Source: the human T2T-CHM13v2.0 reference genome, Homo sapiens
Length of the DNA: 64,000 bases
NCBI RefSeq assembly: GCF_009914755.1
Contig: NC_060942.1
Direction: 5' to 3' (one strand)
The translations under genes were made by a program, and so were the position numbers. The notes beneath the pieces were generated by a model. It did no database searches, was not told the DNA's origin, and worked only from the letters and a program-made list of their open reading frames with translations. Shown here piece after piece: positions 60,046-64,000 of the stretch (the stretch's first letter is position 1; every line of letters starts with the position of its first letter).

Positions 60046-63000
60046 AATCCTAAAGCGGCTTTTACACAACTTGGTCTTATATCTACTTTAAGTGATAGGG
60101 GTCCATAGGGGTGTTTTCATTCCCAGGCGAGCTACCTATGTTTGTTCCAAAAGAAAAAAAAAATCCCATCATGATTGTCTGCGTCCACAGCAGTTTAAAC
60201 TGGCTCATTACATCTCATTTGTGGTGTGCACTGATGCAACATACAGGCTGCACAGTGAAGAGACAACTGTCATTTTAGAGGCTGAAATAGATGCTTTTAT
60301 TGTTTTTTTTTATTTTAATTCTGTTCAGTACAGCTCTGTGTGCATGCAGAAAACTAATGAATAATGAATAGTACCATTACTAATACATTTCCCTGTCCAA
60401 GAAGAAGCTCTCAAAAAAATCAGAACTGGTTCATTGCCCTCAAAAGGTCAGGCTGCTTTTAGGGAATTGTCAAAACAAAACAAAGGCAAGCCCGAGACCC
60501 CAAACCAAAAATACCTCCCAAATTTAAGTAAAATGTTTTATCTGTAAAGTTGTGCCAAAATATTAAACTTGCTAATTTTAAAAGCCAGCCGAACTTTCAA
60601 ACCAGTTCTGTGAGGCTTTGCAAGTTTCAGGTGTGTGTGCTCCTCTCTTGTGCAGGGAGGCTTTGGAGGGCTAATGGAACTTCTGTGAATAAATCCGTCG
60701 CCCATCACGACAGGGCTATCCAGATAGGGATCAAAATAGAACCCTGTTGGGGTACACTTTGGATTACTTAAAGGACGTCCACTTCTTCCTCAGAGGCATT
60801 TGCACACACAAAGCCCTGCCCATCAAGATAAGGCGCGGTCCCTAGAAGCAGTGAGATTAGAAAGCTGTGGGCAGAGAAGGCTCAACTCTAGGAAGAATTC
60901 TCCAGCTTGAAAACAGTCTCTACGGAAGTAGCAGAGGCACCATCTTCAAGGGGCGGTGCTGCTGTGATGATTTAAATAAAACCTGGTTGGTCTGAGAAAA
61001 TAACAATAAGGCAACAGAAATGCTACGTTTGCATATCTGTGCAGCTTCCGGTCAGCCGGGGATTGGCACCCTACTTCAGGGACATTAACGAGGCCAACCC
61101 TCCCACCTTCCTTTCCTGGATCTAACGGCTTACTCTCCAAGACGCGAGAGCAAAATCCCAACACCGAGACAGCAGATCATTGAGTGAATGTGGGCAGAAC
61201 CGGCGACAGGATTTGAAACGATTTCCTTGTTCTTCTTAAAAAATGATTCGAGCCTCTGAGTTTTTATGCGTTCAACCTTTCTCAATGACCCAAAGGCACG
61301 TGATTGATTGGCTGAGTGAACTCTGTGAAAGCCATAACAATTGCTTGAAACTACAAACGGAGCGGGGCTATCTTTTCTGAAATCACCAATTTTGTCAGAC
61401 GTGTGCTTTTTCTCTGTTTCTGCCTCCCTCCCATCCTTCATGGAATAAGGAAAACACAGAGTCCTCTATGATCTGTCCCTGAAGCTCACCATGCTTTTTT
61501 CAAACCCTGAAGCTAAACTTGTTTGTAACTACTTAATAATCAAAATGTATATCTTAACCTGAAGTCAGCATCCTGCTAGGGTGTTTATGTGAAGAACAGG
61601 AAAATACGAGAAACTATAAGCTACAGGTTTTAGTCTCTCAGAAAGCATAGAATATTATAGTTTAGATTGGGTGATGGGGAAGGAAGTCTCTCTCTCTCAC
61701 ACACACACACACACAGCAATTAGAGAACAAAGTAAGAGAACAGCAATTATGTGCTCAATTGTATGACTGTACATGTTTTAAGTTCACAGAAAAAAAAAGA
61801 ACTCAGTGTGGACTAAATTTGAGATGATTTCATTGTAGCCTGACAGATCCATTTTTAAAGGCAAATAATAAATTGATTCTAAAAATGCTCTTTTAAGGGT
61901 TCAGCATTAGAAGGGACTATTTTAGGGAGAAAGAAAAAGGAATGTGAACAGTTACACGCATAGTCACTACCCATTTGAGTTAAGGAAAGTTCAAGCTCTG
62001 GTAAAATAAAAAAGTCCTTTTAGCTGATGCATTAGCTTGCATATTGCAGCAGGGAAATTGCGCCCTAGGATTAGTGCCTAGAAGATATTTTACCTCTATA
62101 TGTGTCCCCATTCTGAATTTCTTGCGTTTGTTCTTCAAGCATATTAATGCCTTTCTAAAGCTATTGAAAGAAATCTGTTGAGCCGCTTATGAAGACTCAC
62201 AACAACGAGGCTTAAAATAGCTGCGCTTCTGGTCGCTTTATTACACCTAGACTCCTCCTCCACCATTGCTCGGAAAAGCAGGGATCCTACATGCAGTCTC
62301 TGCAGAACGTCTGTCTGCTAAAGAAGGAATCGCTCCGAATAATCCAGTCAATGAAAAACGCTGAAGTCATGAGCAGTGAGATGTAGTGAGGAACCTTCAA
62401 GTCCCGAGCCCTTTTGCTCCTGCTTCTGCCTTGAGGTCCTCAGCTCTGCATGCACGGTCGGTCCTAGGGCCCGGGGCAGCCCAGGTGAGGGGGCGGCTTC
62501 CGGAGAACCTCTCCTCCAGCAGCACACGCTTCTCTTTGTTGACCTCCAAATCCAGATCGTTCCAATAGCACATCCTTGGTTTTTCCCGTTTGTTTTTTCA
62601 AATTTGGACCTCAATTTAATCTCAGGCAGGTGGAAGTCATGGTCTCCCGGTCAAGACCTCCAGGAGACGCATCTGTCCCACAGGAGGTCCATCTGGGGGC
62701 ACTCAACTTAAATGCAGGGGCCAGCAGCCATGTCCCCGTCCAGAGAAAAAGAAGGAAAGAAAGAAGCCACGTCCTGCAGAAGGGAGTTCAGAGTACAGCT
62801 GAGGTCCCAACCCACATGAGAATCCCTGCAAATAAAACATTTCCATATTGTGGGGTTGAAAAACCTTATTATTTCACAGCTTTAGACTTGAGCAAATCCA
62901 GTAGCCGGCAGAAGGTGGCTCAGAGCACAGGTGTCTGGGTCAAATTCTCGTTCCAGGTTTGACCGGCTTCAGAACTGCAAGTGGTCGCCAAATCTCCTCA

Positions 63001-63049
63001 TGAGGAAAATAGGGCTGCCCAAAGAGCTTCTGAAAACAAGAAATGATAC

Positions 63050-63672
63050 TCATGAAACACTCAACGTATTATACAAAGGTTCATAGCAGCACTAATCAAT
63101 GCAGCCAAAAGGTAGAAACAGCCCACATGTCCATCAATGGGTGAACGGATAAACAAAATGGGTTCAATTCACACGTTGGAATATTACTCAGCCATAAAAA
63201 AGGAATGAAGTTCTGACACGTGCTACAACTTGGATGAACCTTGAAAACATCCTGCCCAGTGAAATAAGCTGGTCCCCAAAGACCACATGTTGCACGATTC
63301 AATTTACATGATATATCCAGAATAGGCAAGTCCAGAGACACAAAGCAGATTGAGGATGATTGGGGAGTGACTGTTTCATTGATGTCAGGTGCTTTTATGG
63401 GGTGATGAAAAAGTTCTAGAAATAGATAGTGATGGTGCCATACAGCATCGAGCATGTACTAAATACCACTGAATTGTTCACTCTAAAATGGTTAATTTCT
63501 TTTAAGAGATAGGGTCTTGCTATGTTGCCCAAGCTAGCCTGAAACTCCTCAGCTGAAGCAATCCTCCTGCCTTAGCCTCCCGAAGCTTTGGGATTAGAGG
63601 CATGAGCCACCATGCCCAGCTAAAATGGTTAATTTTATGATAGGTGAATTTTACCTCCATTTAAAGAAAATA
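63050..63672 (+). mobile_element. L1MB/MA-like 3' UTR fragment
   Basis: CAGCCAAAAGGTAGAAACAGCCCACATGTCCATCAAT...TACTCAGCCATAAAAAAGGAATGAAG...GGTTAATTTTATG. Confidence 0.85.
63499..63620 (-). mobile_element. FLAM (free left Alu monomer)
   Basis: Single left arm with perfect 15-bp TSD TAAAATGGTTAATTT (63484-63498, 63621-63635). Confidence 0.9.
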
Positions 63673-64000
63673 TTCAGTATACCCTCTGCTATTGTGCCCA
63701 GGAAATGCTGGTAACAGATGTTTCTGATTTCTGAGGAGCTTCAGTCCTTCCACGTCACTGCCAATGGGCTCTTCTCTACCTCCCCCCAGCAAAACATCAG
63801 TAGTGGAATCACAGTGAAAAACTACAGTATTGCCTATTTTTAAACCACTTCTCCATTAAATTCTCAGCTGCAAACATCACCCTACGTCTCAGTGTCTCAG
63901 ATTTACAACTGTAGCAAGCTTGGGTCTGGGCCCCTCTTGTGACATTCCCAGCCAGCTGGCTGTTCATATTCCTGGCATCTACCACCTTTGTTTCAGGCCC

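Overview
Primate (human/ape-type) non-coding genomic DNA, rich in repeats. I recognise no protein-coding gene and cannot assign a locus. Nearly all ORFs in the track are explained by Alu, decayed L1 ORF1/ORF2, simple repeats or GC-rich chance. The window holds about 33 Alu/FLAM/FRAM copies, several old L1 fragments (some nested), a twin-primed L1PA insertion, two MLT2 LTRs, MLT1 and other LTR pieces, MADE2, MER53 and MIRs. It also has two large minisatellites (15-bp G-rich at 4.6-5.35 kb; 17-bp CACGTG-rich at 59.05-59.6 kb), a ~370-bp CT tract and a CpG-island-like region at ~51.5-52.65 kb. The most notable observations are: (i) a 133-bp locally templated insertion with a fold-back junction inside an L1; (ii) two local duplications whose sister copies preserve pre-Alu empty sites; (iii) a possible spliced transcript from the CpG island with a 212-codon frame open across a GT-AG junction; (iv) a minisatellite whose unit resembles a 5' splice site. 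I see no convincing evidence of a new biological system. Repeat subfamily calls come from recalled consensus sequences and need RepeatMasker/Dfam confirmation.
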